A DNA stretch of 64,000 nucleotides from Candidatus Omnitrophota bacterium (GTDB lineage: Bacteria > Omnitrophota > Gorgyraeia > B26-G9 > JBDRCZ01): NCBI GenBank assembly GCA_043821285.1, contig JBDRCZ010000073.1, positions 3,564 through 67,563 on the forward strand, given 5' to 3'. Below, piece after piece: positions 1-10,699 of the stretch. The stretch's first letter is position 1. The number at the start of each line of letters is the position of its first letter. The notes beneath the pieces are model-generated. The model searched no databases. It was not told the origin of the DNA and saw nothing but the letters and a program-made list of their open reading frames with translations. The position numbers and the translations under genes are program-made.

Positions 1-2
1 GT

Positions 3-503
3 TCTGTCATTATCGCTTCTCTCGTAAGCGTTCCATCTATAGCAAATTTTCTGCAAATTTATCTGAATAAAGTAATCGGGCCAATCCTGTTAATTGTCGG
101 ATTGTTTCTTCTTGACGTTATCAGGTTCGGTTCATTTTCTTTTTCGTTGTCTCATGAAAGGCAGAGCAAGCTGGCTGAGTCAGGAGCTGGCGGAGCATTT
201 CTTCTCGGGATGCTTTTTGCCTTATCCTTTTGTCCTATTGCGGCAGCACTGTTTTTTGGGAGCCTTATCCCACTTGCATTGAACAGTAAAATGGGGATGA
301 CTTATCCTTTCATTTACGGTATAGGGACAGGAATTCCTGTTGCCATTTTTGCGCTGGGGATTGTTTTTGGTGTGAAGTCGTTTTCGAAATGGTTTCATAA
401 GACTACAAAGTTGGAATTGTGGGCAAGAAAGATTACAGGCGCGATATTTCTTGTGGTAGGGATATATTTTGTCTGGGCACATATTTTGATTAATTATCTA
501 TAA
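3..503 (+). CDS. ArsG-like / DsbD_2 (CcdA-type) membrane permease, 5'-partial
   Basis: The frame is open from position 3 (SVIIASLVSVPSIANFLQIYLNKVIGPILLIVGLF...). It has the FALSFCPxxAALFFGSLIP motif and lies directly upstream of acr3. Confidence 0.75.
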   Translation, partial: SVIIASLVSVPSIANFLQIYLNKVIGPILLIVGLFLLDVIRFGSFSFSLSHERQSKLAESGAGGAFLLGMLFALSFCPIAAALFFGSLIPLALNSKMGMTYPFIYGIGTGIPVAIFALGIVFGVKSFSKWFHKTTKLELWARKITGAIFLVVGIYFVWAHILINYL

Positions 504-523
504 GGAAATGAGGATATAGAAAA

Positions 524-1708
524 ATGAGCGAAAATATTGAAAGAAATATGTCAGTCTTTGAGAAGTATCTTACTGTCTGGGTGTTTTTGTGTATCTGTGG
601 GGGTATTTTAATTGGAAAAATTGCGCCTGGAATGGCGAAGTTTCTTGACGGATTTTCTATTTATGTTAATGACGCTCCTGTTGTTTCTATTCCTATTGCT
701 ATATGTCTTTTCTTCATGATGTATCCTATTATGGTTAAGATTGATTTTGCAAAAGTTATCAAGGCTGGTAAGTCGCCAAAACCTGTTGGGCTGACTTTGT
801 TTGTTAATTGGTTGATAAAGCCTTTTACTATGTATGGTATTGCTTTTTTGTTTTTAGGAGTTTTCTTTAAGGGTTTTATTGGTGCTGAGGCGGTGGATTT
901 TGTAAGGCTTCCTCCTGGCGCAGTGGACTGGGTGGTAGGCTCTCTTCATGGAGCAGGCACGGTGGTGATGCAGGAAGGTATCAAGATGCTTCAGGTGCCT
1001 TTGTGGAGAAGTTATTTTGCTGGATGTATTCTTCTCGGGATTGCGCCTTGTACGGCTATGGTTTTGGTTTGGGGATTTCTTGCAAAAGGCAATGACGGGC
1101 ACACGCTTGTTATGGTAGCTATCAATTCTTTAACTATGCTTTTGCTTTACGGTGTTTTGGGTGGTTTTCTTCTCGGTGTTGGAAGGATGCCTGTTCCGTG
1201 GCAAGCGTTGCTGTTATCTATTGCTATCTATGTTGCGTTGCCGTTAGTTGCCGGATACTTTTCAAGAAAATGGATTATAGGCCATAAAGGGATAGATTGG
1301 TTCAATGAGAAGTTTTTGCATGTGCTTTCGCCAGCATCAATAATTGCTTTGCTTTTTACGTTGGTTCTTTTGTTCTCTTTTAAAGGGGCAGTTATCCTTG
1401 CTAAGCCGTTGACGATTTTATGGATTGCAATTCCTTTATTTATTCAGACATGCTTGATATTTGGTATAACATATTGGTTGGCGAAGAAATTGAGGTTGAG
1501 TTATGAGGATGCGGCTCCTTCGGCAATGATTGGTGCAAGCAATCACTTCGAAGTCGCTATTGCGACAGCAACTATGCTCTTTGGGCTTTCGTCAGGAGCG
1601 GCACTTGCGACAGTGGTGGGAGTGTTGATTGAGGTTCCTGTGATGCTGATGCTTGTTAAGGTGTGTCTGAAGACTAAGCATCTCTTTGGTGCTGAGGTGA
1701 AGACATGA
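524..1708 (+). CDS. acr3: ACR3-family arsenite efflux transporter
   Basis: [40 protein letters not shown] and [10 protein letters not shown] are Acr3 motifs. Confidence 0.95.
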   Translation: MSENIERNMSVFEKYLTVWVFLCICGGILIGKIAPGMAKFLDGFSIYVNDAPVVSIPIAICLFFMMYPIMVKIDFAKVIKAGKSPKPVGLTLFVNWLIKPFTMYGIAFLFLGVFFKGFIGAEAVDFVRLPPGAVDWVVGSLHGAGTVVMQEGIKMLQVPLWRSYFAGCILLGIAPCTAMVLVWGFLAKGNDGHTLVMVAINSLTMLLLYGVLGGFLLGVGRMPVPWQALLLSIAIYVALPLVAGYFSRKWIIGHKGIDWFNEKFLHVLSPASIIALLFTLVLLFSFKGAVILAKPLTILWIAIPLFIQTCLIFGITYWLAKKLRLSYEDAAPSAMIGASNHFEVAIATATMLFGLSSGAALATVVGVLIEVPVMLMLVKVCLKTKHLFGAEVKT

Positions 1709-1783
1709 AGAAAGAAGAGAGAGTGTTAAATTAGCACTGTCCATCTTTCTCCGTTTTTCTTGTTGTTTTGCCCTGCATATATA

Positions 1784-2650
1784 TTAATTGAAAAGTTCGG
1801 ATTTTTGGGGGTCTCGGGGAGGATCGAGGCAATCTCGTTTGATAGTTCCCACCCAGCCTTCTGCATATGGATTGAGGTTTGGTGATTTGTAAGGGATTCT
1901 TTTGACGTCTATGCCGCATTGGTTGAATATTTCGTCAAATTCTTTTGAATACTTGTTGTCACCGTCCCGGACAAGGAGTTTTTGCGAGTTTTCCTTTGTT
2001 TCAAAGAAGAAGGATATTGTTTTGGCTTTTTTGTTGACCCATTCTTTGGTTGGATTCTTGGTTATGCCGGCTATGCGCACTTTTCGCGTATGGACGTTTA
2101 TAAAGAAGAGTGCGTGGAAGGTTTTTGGTCCCAGGGCTGTCCAGACGGTTTTAGTGAAGAAGTCGCAGGCCCAGAGGGTCTTGAAGTGGCGTTTGATGAA
2201 TTCGTCCCATGAGTCTTCGCCGCGTTTGGGTAAAGGGTCTATGCCGTTTTCAATCAGGATGTTCTTTACGGTGTTTCGGGATACGCTTTTAATACGGAGC
2301 TTCTTGAGTTCTCCCAAGATTCTTGTGTAGCCCCATTTGTTTTCTCTGGCGAGGCGGACTATAAGGGCCCGGATTTCTTCAGGGGTAGTTCGCGGTCGTC
2401 CGGCTTTTTTAGCTGTAATTTGATTGTCGGGGTAGCCGTTGACCCATCTTCGGAATGTGGAATAGCTCACGATTGAGATTGTCTTTTTTATACTTCCATT
2501 TAGGGGTAGGCCGAATTTTATGAGTTTGCGCCGTTCGCTTGCCGTTGCAATAATGCGCTTTGGGCACCGGATCCTTAGAATTTGGTTTTCAACTCTGAGA
2601 AATTCGATTTGCCGCTTGAGGTCACTGCGGACTACATTCCCTAAAAGCAT
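1784..2650 (-). pseudogene. rve integrase-core (DDE) transposase, C-terminally truncated
   Basis: WGYTRILGELKKL, WACDFFT, LVRDGDNKY and SPNLNPYAEGWVGTIKRDCLD are present. The usual continuation after CLD (the HQG region) is replaced by unrelated sequence. Confidence 0.8.
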
Positions 2651-2742
2651 GAGAAACTTCTGGAAAAATAAGCTATTTATTTTTAACCGCTTATAGCGGT
2701 CTCATAATTATTGCACCCCACTGGCAACTTCTGCCAAAAAAA

Positions 2743-3138
2743 TTATGATCTATGGCTACTTCTGAGGCTTCTTTCCGTTATCTGTTCTATCTTTCCATTA
2801 GCCAAAATGCGATCCCGTTCTTCCTGTGGTAGCTTTAGGAGGTTCAGAATCTGCGTTACGCGTACCCGCGATATTCCCAGTTTTAAGGCAAGTGTTGTCT
2901 GCGAAACATCTTCCTTTTTCATCAGTCGTTCAAATTCCATAGCTTGAGCTATCGGGTTTACATATGACTCGATATGCTTAAGGTGTCGAAGCCCTTTCTT
3001 TGTAATAATCCGATTTCTTGGTATAAAAGCGGGTTTCGGGCCTCTGAAGATGGTTTTGGTCTTATTGTGGAAGCGGTAGTAATACTGGAGGATCTCGGTA
3101 AGAACGTGCCCTGAATTTGTTCGCTGAGTGTATTGCAC
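2743..3138 (-). CDS. ParB/Spo0J-like HTH protein
   Basis: NPIAQAMEFERLM...SQTTLALKLGISRVRVTQILNLLKLP helix-turn-helix. Start codon uncertain. Confidence 0.65.
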   Translation of the reverse strand: MQYTQRTNSGHVLTEILQYYYRFHNKTKTIFRGPKPAFIPRNRIITKKGLRHLKHIESYVNPIAQAMEFERLMKKEDVSQTTLALKLGISRVRVTQILNLLKLPQEERDRILANGKIEQITERSLRSSHRS

Positions 3139-4296
3139 GGGGAGGAGCTTAAGATAACCGGAAATGTATTTGATCCATTTTGTGGAAGTGGAACGACGTT
3201 ATTAGCGGCAAGAGATAATAGTTTAAATTCATTCGGAATAGATGTAAACCCCATTTCGGTTTTAGTTGCAAAAGTCGAGAATGAACAATATGGTGATATT
3301 GAGATTGAAAACGTTAGTTATGAGATAAGTAAAATCCGTGCACTTGCAAAGTCGGAAGAGGTTCTTTATACCCCCTTTGATCTCGCAGGTAAGGTTTTCA
3401 ATCGGGGAATACTTAATTCTTTATTACAATTGAAAAATTATATAAATAAGATTGCAAGCGAAAAGATACGAAATTTGATTTTTGTCGCTTGGCTTTCAAT
3501 TATCGAAAGTATTTCAAATGTTAAAAAAGAAGGAAACGGAATTAAATACAAAAATAGAAAGAGAACATCAAATGGTTATATAAATATAAACAAAGATATC
3601 TGGGAAGAACAGGTTTTCCCCGAAGATAAGTTCAACTTTGTTAAAAACAAGCTTTTAAACCATTTAGAGGTTATTTTGGCTGATATAAGTTATAACTATG
3701 GCAGTTGCGAAAAGAAACCTTATATTTTTAAAGGAAGCTGCTTGGAGTTTACTGAATTTTTTTTAGATGAAATTCAGTTTACCTTTTTTTCGCCACCCTA
3801 CTGCAACTGTTTTGATTATTTTGAAATTCATAAAGTTGAATTATGGCTTGGTGATTTTGTTCCCAGCAAAGAAGAATTCAGATTACTTAGAAACACTGGG
3901 TTTCGATCAAATACTAATTCACTTAATCATAAACTTATTATTAATAGTAATAAGTATCTCGAGAATTTAATTTCATTGTTTGATCGCGAAAAACTTTGGA
4001 ATAACCGAATTCCTAATGTTGTGAGGGGCTACTTTGATGATATGTATAGGTTTTTGACCAAACTATACCAACAAACCGTAAAAAATGGTTATGTTGGTAT
4101 AGTCGTGGGTAATTCTGCATATTCGGGCGTAATAATTCCATCTGACATTTTAATCGCTGATATTGCAAAAGAAATCGGATTTAAAGTAAAAAATATTTTT
4201 GTAACAAGGCATCTAACTACAAGTTCACAACAAAAACAAAAGTTAGAATATTTAAAAAATTATTTACGTGAAAGTATTGTATTATTAGAAAAATGA
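3133..4296 (+). CDS. N4-cytosine/N6-adenine DNA methyltransferase, probably 5'-truncated
   Basis: Motif I DPFCGSGTT lies only ~13 aa from a TTG start; motif IV is FSPPY. The N-terminal segment seen in the neighbouring MTase is missing. Confidence 0.8.
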   Translation: MHGEELKITGNVFDPFCGSGTTLLAARDNSLNSFGIDVNPISVLVAKVENEQYGDIEIENVSYEISKIRALAKSEEVLYTPFDLAGKVFNRGILNSLLQLKNYINKIASEKIRNLIFVAWLSIIESISNVKKEGNGIKYKNRKRTSNGYININKDIWEEQVFPEDKFNFVKNKLLNHLEVILADISYNYGSCEKKPYIFKGSCLEFTEFFLDEIQFTFFSPPYCNCFDYFEIHKVELWLGDFVPSKEEFRLLRNTGFRSNTNSLNHKLIINSNKYLENLISLFDREKLWNNRIPNVVRGYFDDMYRFLTKLYQQTVKNGYVGIVVGNSAYSGVIIPSDILIADIAKEIGFKVKNIFVTRHLTTSSQQKQKLEYLKNYLRESIVLLEK

Positions 4297-5622
4297 ACCT
4301 ATCCGCGAAATATATTCATGTTAAAGAGAATGTGCCGCAAAATATCAAGCGGAATGCAATTTTAAATATTAGCACAAATGGAGTGACGGCTTTTACCCAC
4401 GGGTTCCATAAATACCCAGCTAAGTTTATTCCTCTTATTCCACGATGGGCAATAAAAAAATATCTCAATGGAAGTAAGAACAAAACTATTCTTGATCCTT
4501 TTTGCGGATCTGGTACTACCTTAGTTGAAGGAATTTTAGCAGGGCACAACGCAATTGGTTTTGATATTGACCCATTATCTTCAATGATTTCGAAGGCTAA
4601 AACAACAAGAGTTGATGTGATTGGGCTAAATGAAGTGGCAAATTGGCTCATAAATGGAATTAAGAATAGGAAAAAAGGACTATTTAAACCCGATTGTGAA
4701 ACCATTGAGCATTGGTTCACAGACGATGCTATAAGAAAACTCTCAATAATTAGGACACTAATAAATCAAATTCCTGATAAATTCGGAACAGATAAAAAAA
4801 CAAAAGACATACAAAAGTTGCTTTTGATCTGTTTTTCTTCAATTATTAGACGTGTTTCAAATGCGGATGATGAATCACAAAAAACCTACGTATCTCATAC
4901 TAAAATTAAAGAACCCGAAGAAGTATTCGCCTTATTTCTTTCACAACTTAATCTTTTTATTGAAAGAATTTCAAGGTTTTCAGAAATTACAGATCCAAAG
5001 CTAACGAGTAAAGTTGTTTGTTCTTCAAGTATACAATCGTTGACAAAAAAAATAACAAAGCAAACCATCGATTTAGCGGTTACTTCCCCCCCCATACATT
5101 AAGGCAATTGATTATATTTATAATCAAATGGTTGAGCTATTCTGGGTTGGGGGTTTGTTTGATATGCAAACGCAGGGGAGACAAAATGTCAAGAAAAAAG
5201 ACTATATTGGTAACAAGCATTTGAAGAAAACTGAGTTCATAAATTATGATCCCTACAATAACCCATTACATATTAAGCGGTTGGATAAAAAACTTCAAAA
5301 GGTATTTGATAGCGATAAAAAGAATGGCCACAGGCATTCTTATGTAACTTTTAAATATTTTGATGATATGGAGAAGCATTTTTCAGAAATGGCGAAATGT
5401 TTAATAAAAGGTACTCATTATGTGATGGTAGTTGGAGATAGTTCAGTAAGCGAGATTTCTTTTGAAACTGCAGATTTTCTCGTTGCTTTAGCTGAGAGAA
5501 ATCAGTTTAAGGCTGTTGACAAATGGGGTTATAAAATTAAAAATCGGTATATGCGATTCGATCGAAAAGGCAGAGGCGGGATAATTGAAATTGATTGGGT
5601 GATTGATTTTGAAAAGAAATAA
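4293..5622 (+). pseudogene. Second N4/N6 DNA methyltransferase, frameshifted in a C8 tract
   Basis: HGFHKYPAKF and DPFCGSGTT are present. Removing one C from 5086-5093 gives TSPPYIKAIDYIYNQMVELFW, joining ORFs 4293-5102 and 5128-5622. Confidence 0.85.
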
Positions 5623-5957
5623 TTTGACACTTGCCAAGTTTTATCCCAAAATTTGCATTAGAAATATTAAGCAGCAGTAACGTCTTTATAACTTAGTCGG
5701 TAAAAAAAGAATATCTGCAGCAAAAAGATACATGCAAATTTCGGGATACCAGAGTAACAAGTCTAAATCCTATACGGAGTTAGACTATCGGCCCTTCGGG
5801 CAAATTTTACCTAATGCAAAATTTGGGTTTATAGCAGTATATCTTTATTTTTACAAGTTTTACGCTCTCTCCGTCAATAAACACCGCGGTGTCCTTAAAA
5901 AATTAATCGTTTGCAGCCAAACAGTAGCGAATAGCTTATAATTTTCTAATTTATTAT

Positions 5958-5986
5958 TTGACAAAAGGACAGTTTTCGGTTAAAAT
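5958..5986 (+). promoter_or_regulatory. sigma70 promoter of the fdh operon
   Basis: TTGACA-17 nt-TAAAAT, ~60 nt upstream of the NuoEF ATG. Confidence 0.65.
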
Positions 5987-6003
5987 CTTACAAAAGTAAA
6001 ACA

Positions 6004-6021
6004 TTGTTACAGTTTTCACAA
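6004..6021 (+). promoter_or_regulatory. Putative Rex operator
   Basis: TTGTTAC-AGTT-TTCACAA matches TTGTGAA-N4-TTCACAA at 12/14 positions and lies just downstream of the -10. Confidence 0.5.
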
Positions 6022-6044
6022 ACTCAGGAAGGATTGGAGTAATT

Positions 6045-7760
6045 ATGAATAAAAAAGCAATAAGCAGGATCCAGAAAATTATCGCGCAGTATCCGGATAA
6101 AAGGTCAGCTTTAATCCCGGCATTAGATGCGGCCCAGCGCGCGAATGACAATTATCTTTCAAGAGAAGATATCCGGGAAATCGCGAAAATCATGGCGATC
6201 AGTGAAAGTAATGCTTTTGGCGCGGCTACCTTTTATACAATGTTCAATACAAAACATACCGGGAAATATCATCTTCAGGTTGATACAAATGTGCCGGGGT
6301 TTTTAACCGGCGCAGATGAGATCTTTGCCTGCCTGGAAAATAAACTCAAGATAAAAAATGGTGAAACGACAAAAGACGGCCTGTTTACTTTATCAAAGGT
6401 TGAGGACCTGGCATCCTGCGGGACGTGTCCGGTTATTCAGGTGAATGATACTTATTATGAAAATCTGGACGTTGAAAAAACAGATAAATTAATCGAGGCG
6501 CTTAAAAGAGGGGAAGAACCGGAACCGGATACTTCCGCAAATTATGGTACAAAATGTGATATCCTTTTGAAAAACCGCGGGAAAAAAAATAGTACGGACA
6601 TCGCGGTTTATAAACAAGGCGGAGGTTATCGTTCTCTGGAAAAGGCGCTTAGACTAGGGCCTGCGGAAGTCGTGGAAATGGTTAAAGTTGCCATGATAAA
6701 AGGAAGAGGCGGTGCCGGTTTTCCGGCCGGGACAAAATGGGGGTTCCTGCCAAAAAATGACCCGCGGCCGGTTTATCTTATATGTAATGCTGACGAAGGT
6801 GAGCCGGGAACTTTTAAAGACCGCCAGATCATGCAGTATGATCCGCATTTACTGATTGAAGGCATGGCGGTTTCCGCATATGCTATTGGAGCAAAAACCG
6901 CGTTTATATACATCAGAGGTGAATTTAGATGGATTTCAGAGATACTTGAAAAAGCAGTTAAACAGGCAAAAGCCGATAAGAAACTGGGGCATGTTGAGAT
7001 AATCGTTCACCGCGGCGCCGGGGCTTATGTATGCGGAGATGAAACTGCTTTAATGGAGTCGCTTGAAGGAAAACGGGGAAACCCGCGGAATAAGCCGCCG
7101 TTTCCGGCAAACGTTGGATTATACGGTTGTCCGACAATTATAAATAACGTAGAAACGCTTGCCTGTATACCTTTTATTGTTGAAAGAGGTGCCGCGGCTT
7201 TTAAACAAATAGGGACAAGCGGTAATTTTGGACCGAAATTATTCGGCGTAAGCGGACATGTCCATAAACCAGGTGTTTATGAGTTTCCTTTAGGAACTTC
7301 CCTGACAGCTGTTCTTGAGGCGGCCGGAGGAGTTAAGGGCAGGATGAAAGCGGTTATTGTCGGAGGGTTATCTGTTCCGATCCTTAAATCAGAAGAGGCA
7401 AAGGGGCTGAACCTGGATTTTGATGCATGTCTTAAAGCCGGTACGATGCTTGGATCCGGCGGTGTAATCGTTATAAATGATACGACTTCAATCCCGGAGC
7501 TGGCACTTAGAACAATTAGTTTTTATGCCCATGAGTCATGCGGACAGTGCGTGCCGTGCCGGGAAGGAGCGAATCTTGTTAAAGGCAGGATGGAAAAACT
7601 GGTAAAGGGTAAAGGGACGATAACGGATATTGACCTTATTTTAGAGGTGTGTAAAAACGTTCAGGGTTTAACACTTTGTCCCTTAGGCGATGCCTTTGCA
7701 ATCCCGGTTGAAGCAATGGTATTAAAATTTAGAGAAGAATTTGAAGCTTTGGTAAAATAA
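6045..7760 (+). CDS. NuoE-NuoF fusion, NADH/FMN-binding diaphorase subunit of formate dehydrogenase
   Basis: N-terminal NuoE-like domain (ATFYTMF), then GRGGAGFP, NADEGEPGTFKDR and the ESCGQCVPCREG...LCPLG 4Fe-4S motif. Confidence 0.9.
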   Translation: MNKKAISRIQKIIAQYPDKRSALIPALDAAQRANDNYLSREDIREIAKIMAISESNAFGAATFYTMFNTKHTGKYHLQVDTNVPGFLTGADEIFACLENKLKIKNGETTKDGLFTLSKVEDLASCGTCPVIQVNDTYYENLDVEKTDKLIEALKRGEEPEPDTSANYGTKCDILLKNRGKKNSTDIAVYKQGGGYRSLEKALRLGPAEVVEMVKVAMIKGRGGAGFPAGTKWGFLPKNDPRPVYLICNADEGEPGTFKDRQIMQYDPHLLIEGMAVSAYAIGAKTAFIYIRGEFRWISEILEKAVKQAKADKKLGHVEIIVHRGAGAYVCGDETALMESLEGKRGNPRNKPPFPANVGLYGCPTIINNVETLACIPFIVERGAAAFKQIGTSGNFGPKLFGVSGHVHKPGVYEFPLGTSLTAVLEAAGGVKGRMKAVIVGGLSVPILKSEEAKGLNLDFDACLKAGTMLGSGGVIVINDTTSIPELALRTISFYAHESCGQCVPCREGANLVKGRMEKLVKGKGTITDIDLILEVCKNVQGLTLCPLGDAFAIPVEAMVLKFREEFEALVK

Positions 7761-7879
7761 GGGAGTAGTGATAGAGCATATAAGTAGTGTTAAAAATGAA
7801 AGGAAATTATAATGAATAAATTAAAAATGGAAAGATTATTCCTAAGATTATTTTGTAATCTAATCAAGGAGGGAGACGT

Positions 7880-10615
7880 ATGTTGATAAAAATTGATGGA
7901 AAGGAAGTTGTCTTTGAAGAGGGAAAGACGATTCTTCAGGCTGCCCGGGAGAATGGGGTTTATATCCCAACGCTTTGTTATCATCAGAAGACCGGGCCGG
8001 GGAATAAGTGCCGGATTTGTGTGGTTAGGGTGGAAGGCATGCGCGGACTGCAGACCGCGTGTTCTGTTCCGGCAGCAGATGGAATGGTTGTTACTACTGA
8101 GACAGAAGAAATTATTGCTGCCAGAAAAATGATTGTTAATCTGCTGCTGGCAAACGGTCATCATGATTGTCTTGCGTGTGAGAAAAACGGCGGGTGTGAA
8201 CTGCAGGATGTTGCTTACAGACTGGGGATTGAAACGCCGGCTTTTATTATAGAGAGCGCGAAGACGGCGAAGGATGAGTCTTCGGAGATGATTGTGCGCG
8301 ATCATTCAAGATGTATACAGTGCGGACGCTGTATCGAAGCATGTAATAAAACGGTAGTGAATGAAGTCCTGGATTTTGGTTATCGCGGGCATGAAAGCCG
8401 GGTTATTTGTGATGATGATCAGCTGATGGGGAAGTCAAGTTGTGTTCAGTGTGGTGAATGTGTTCAGCTTTGTCCGGTCGGCGCAATAATTGACAAGAAA
8501 TCTATTGGCCAGGGACGGCTATGGGAAATGGAGAAGGTAAATACGACGTGCGGATATTGCGGCGTGGGCTGCCAGCTTACGCTTCATGTTGACCGGCAGA
8601 AAAATAAAATCGTAAAGGTGACCGGAAGAGAGTCTGTTCCGAATGAAGGAATGTTATGTGTTAAGGGCCGATATGGATATGAGTTTCCTTCCAGTGAAAA
8701 CAGGCTGAAATACCCGATGATCAAAAAAAACGGTAAGCAGGTGAGAGTAACATGGGAAGAGGCGCTGGATTATACGGCAGAGAAGATAAAATCTATCGTG
8801 GGCCGTGATGGTCCGGATGTCTTTTCTGCTTTTGGGTCAGGCCGGATAACCAATGAAAACAACTATGCGATGATGAAGTTTACGCGGGCGGTGATTAAGA
8901 CAAATAATGTCGACCATTGTGCCCGTACCTGACACGCTCCGACGGTGGCCGGTCTGGCTGCTGCTTTTGGCTCAGGCGCGATGACAAACTCTATTAAAGA
9001 AATCGGGGATGCGGAAGTATTGTTCGTTATTGGTTCTAATACAACCGAGGCACATCCGGTTATTTCTTATTTTATGAAAAGGGCGGTTAAAAAAGGCGGG
9101 ACACTTATTGTTAATGATCCGCGTAAGATTGATTTAACAAGATGGGCGACAATGCATGTTCAGCATAAAGTCGGTACGGACATCGCATATATTAACGGGA
9201 TTATCAACGAGATTTTTGCTCAGGGATGGGAAGATAAGGAATTCCTTAAGAATTGTACCGAAAACCCTGATGAAATCCGTGCCTGGGTTAAAGAGTATAC
9301 GCCGGAGAAGGCATCGGAGATTTGTGGTGTTCCGGTAGAGACCATTAAAAAAGTTGCCCGAATACTGGGGACTGCGAAGACGACCAGTGTATGCTATACC
9401 CTTGGGATAACTGAGCATATCTGCGGAACCGATAATGTCAAATCTATCGCAAATTTACAGATGGTGCTTGGTAACATGGGAAAATATGCCGGCGGGGTAA
9501 ACCCGTTAAGAGGACAGAACAACGTTCAGGGAGCCTGCGACATCGGCGCCCTGCCGAATGTCTATCATAATTATCAGAAGGTTGATGATCCTGCGGTTGC
9601 GCAGAAGTTTGAGAAAGCATGGGGTGTCGAAGGGTTATCAACGAAGGTTGGCTATAAGATGCCGACGATGCTCAGGAATGCCTTAAATGGCGGCACAAAG
9701 ATTCTCTATTGTGTAGGTGACAATACAGTACAGTCTGAACCGAACATGGCACATACGATTAAGGAACTGGAGGCATTGGAGTTTTTTATTGTATGTGACA
9801 TTTTCCCCAATATAACCACTCCTTATGCGGATGTCATTTTCCCTGATACCGCGTGGGGGGAGGAAGACGGTACGTTTACAAATTCAGAAAGAAGAATTCA
9901 AAGAGTGAAAGCAGCTTTAAAAGCACCCGGAGAAGCCTGTTCACATTGGTGGGTTCTTCAGGAGCTTGGTAAAAGACTTGGGGTTGACCTGGGCTTTACG
10001 TCTTCAGAGGCAGTGTGGGAAGATATGAGAAAAACCGCAACAAGTTATGCCGGAATTACATATAAGAGAATAGAAGAAGTCGGACTCCAGTGGCCGTGTC
10101 CAACCGAGGACCATCCGGGAACGCCTTTCCTGCATAAAAGCGGAAAGTTTGCCCGTGGTAAAGGATTGTTCTTTAAAACGAAATATGTTCTTCAGGCCGA
10201 ACCCCCGGATAATGACTATCCATTAATCCTCTCAACCGGAAGACGTTTATGGCACTATCATACAGCTACCCAGACAAGAAACTCAATTGGCCTTTCCGCG
10301 ATATTCCCTGAGGAATTACTGGAGATAAGTCCGGTTGATGCGAATAGGTTAGGTATAAAGACAGGTGATCTTGTGAAGGCCACCAGCCGCCGTGGTGAGA
10401 TTAAGGTAACCGCCTGGGTTACGGATAGATCTGCCCCGGGAGTTTGCTGGTGTTCATTTCATTTTTATGAAGCTTGCGGAAATACTTTAACTATCGATGA
10501 GTTTGATCCTTTGACCGAAACAGCCGAATATAAGGCCTGTGCGATTAAAGTGGAGAAGCTCAAAGATGGAAGTATTGATAGGGCAATTAAAGGCTGGCGA
10601 CAAGCAAGACCTTAA
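7880..10615 (+). CDS. fdhA: Selenocysteine-containing formate dehydrogenase alpha subunit (NuoG-like N-terminus + Mo/W-bisPGD domain)
   Basis: ORFs 7880-8932 and 8945-10615 are in frame across TGA 8930-8932, giving DHCART-U-HAPTVAGL. Also CGYCGVGC and PLRGQNNVQGACD. About 911 aa. Confidence 0.95.
8933..8963 (+). promoter_or_regulatory. Bacterial SECIS element
   Basis: Stem CGGTGGCC / GGCTGCTG with a GGTCT loop begins 11 nt after the UGA, like the fdhF-type SECIS. Confidence 0.85.
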
Positions 10616-10639
10616 TCGTCCCGATTAATTATTGTAACT

Positions 10640-10670
10640 AAAAAAGGCCGCAATCTTGCGGCCTTTTTTT
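10640..10670 (+). terminator. Rho-independent terminator (bidirectional form)
   Basis: AAAAAAGGCCGCA-ATCT-TGCGGCCTTTTTTT after fdhA. Confidence 0.85.
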
Positions 10671-10699
10671 ATCCAAAATATTAAAAATCCGGGTTTGGT

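Noticed and set aside
8945-10615. Separate second FDH gene, or fdhA pseudogene
   Set aside because: An in-frame UGA at the catalytic position with a SECIS and adjacent sel genes indicates one selenoprotein.
6045-10615. Electron-bifurcating HydABC-type complex or complex I
   Set aside because: The NuoF part lacks the extra C-terminal Fe-S domains, and there are no membrane nuo genes or hydrogenase H-cluster motifs.
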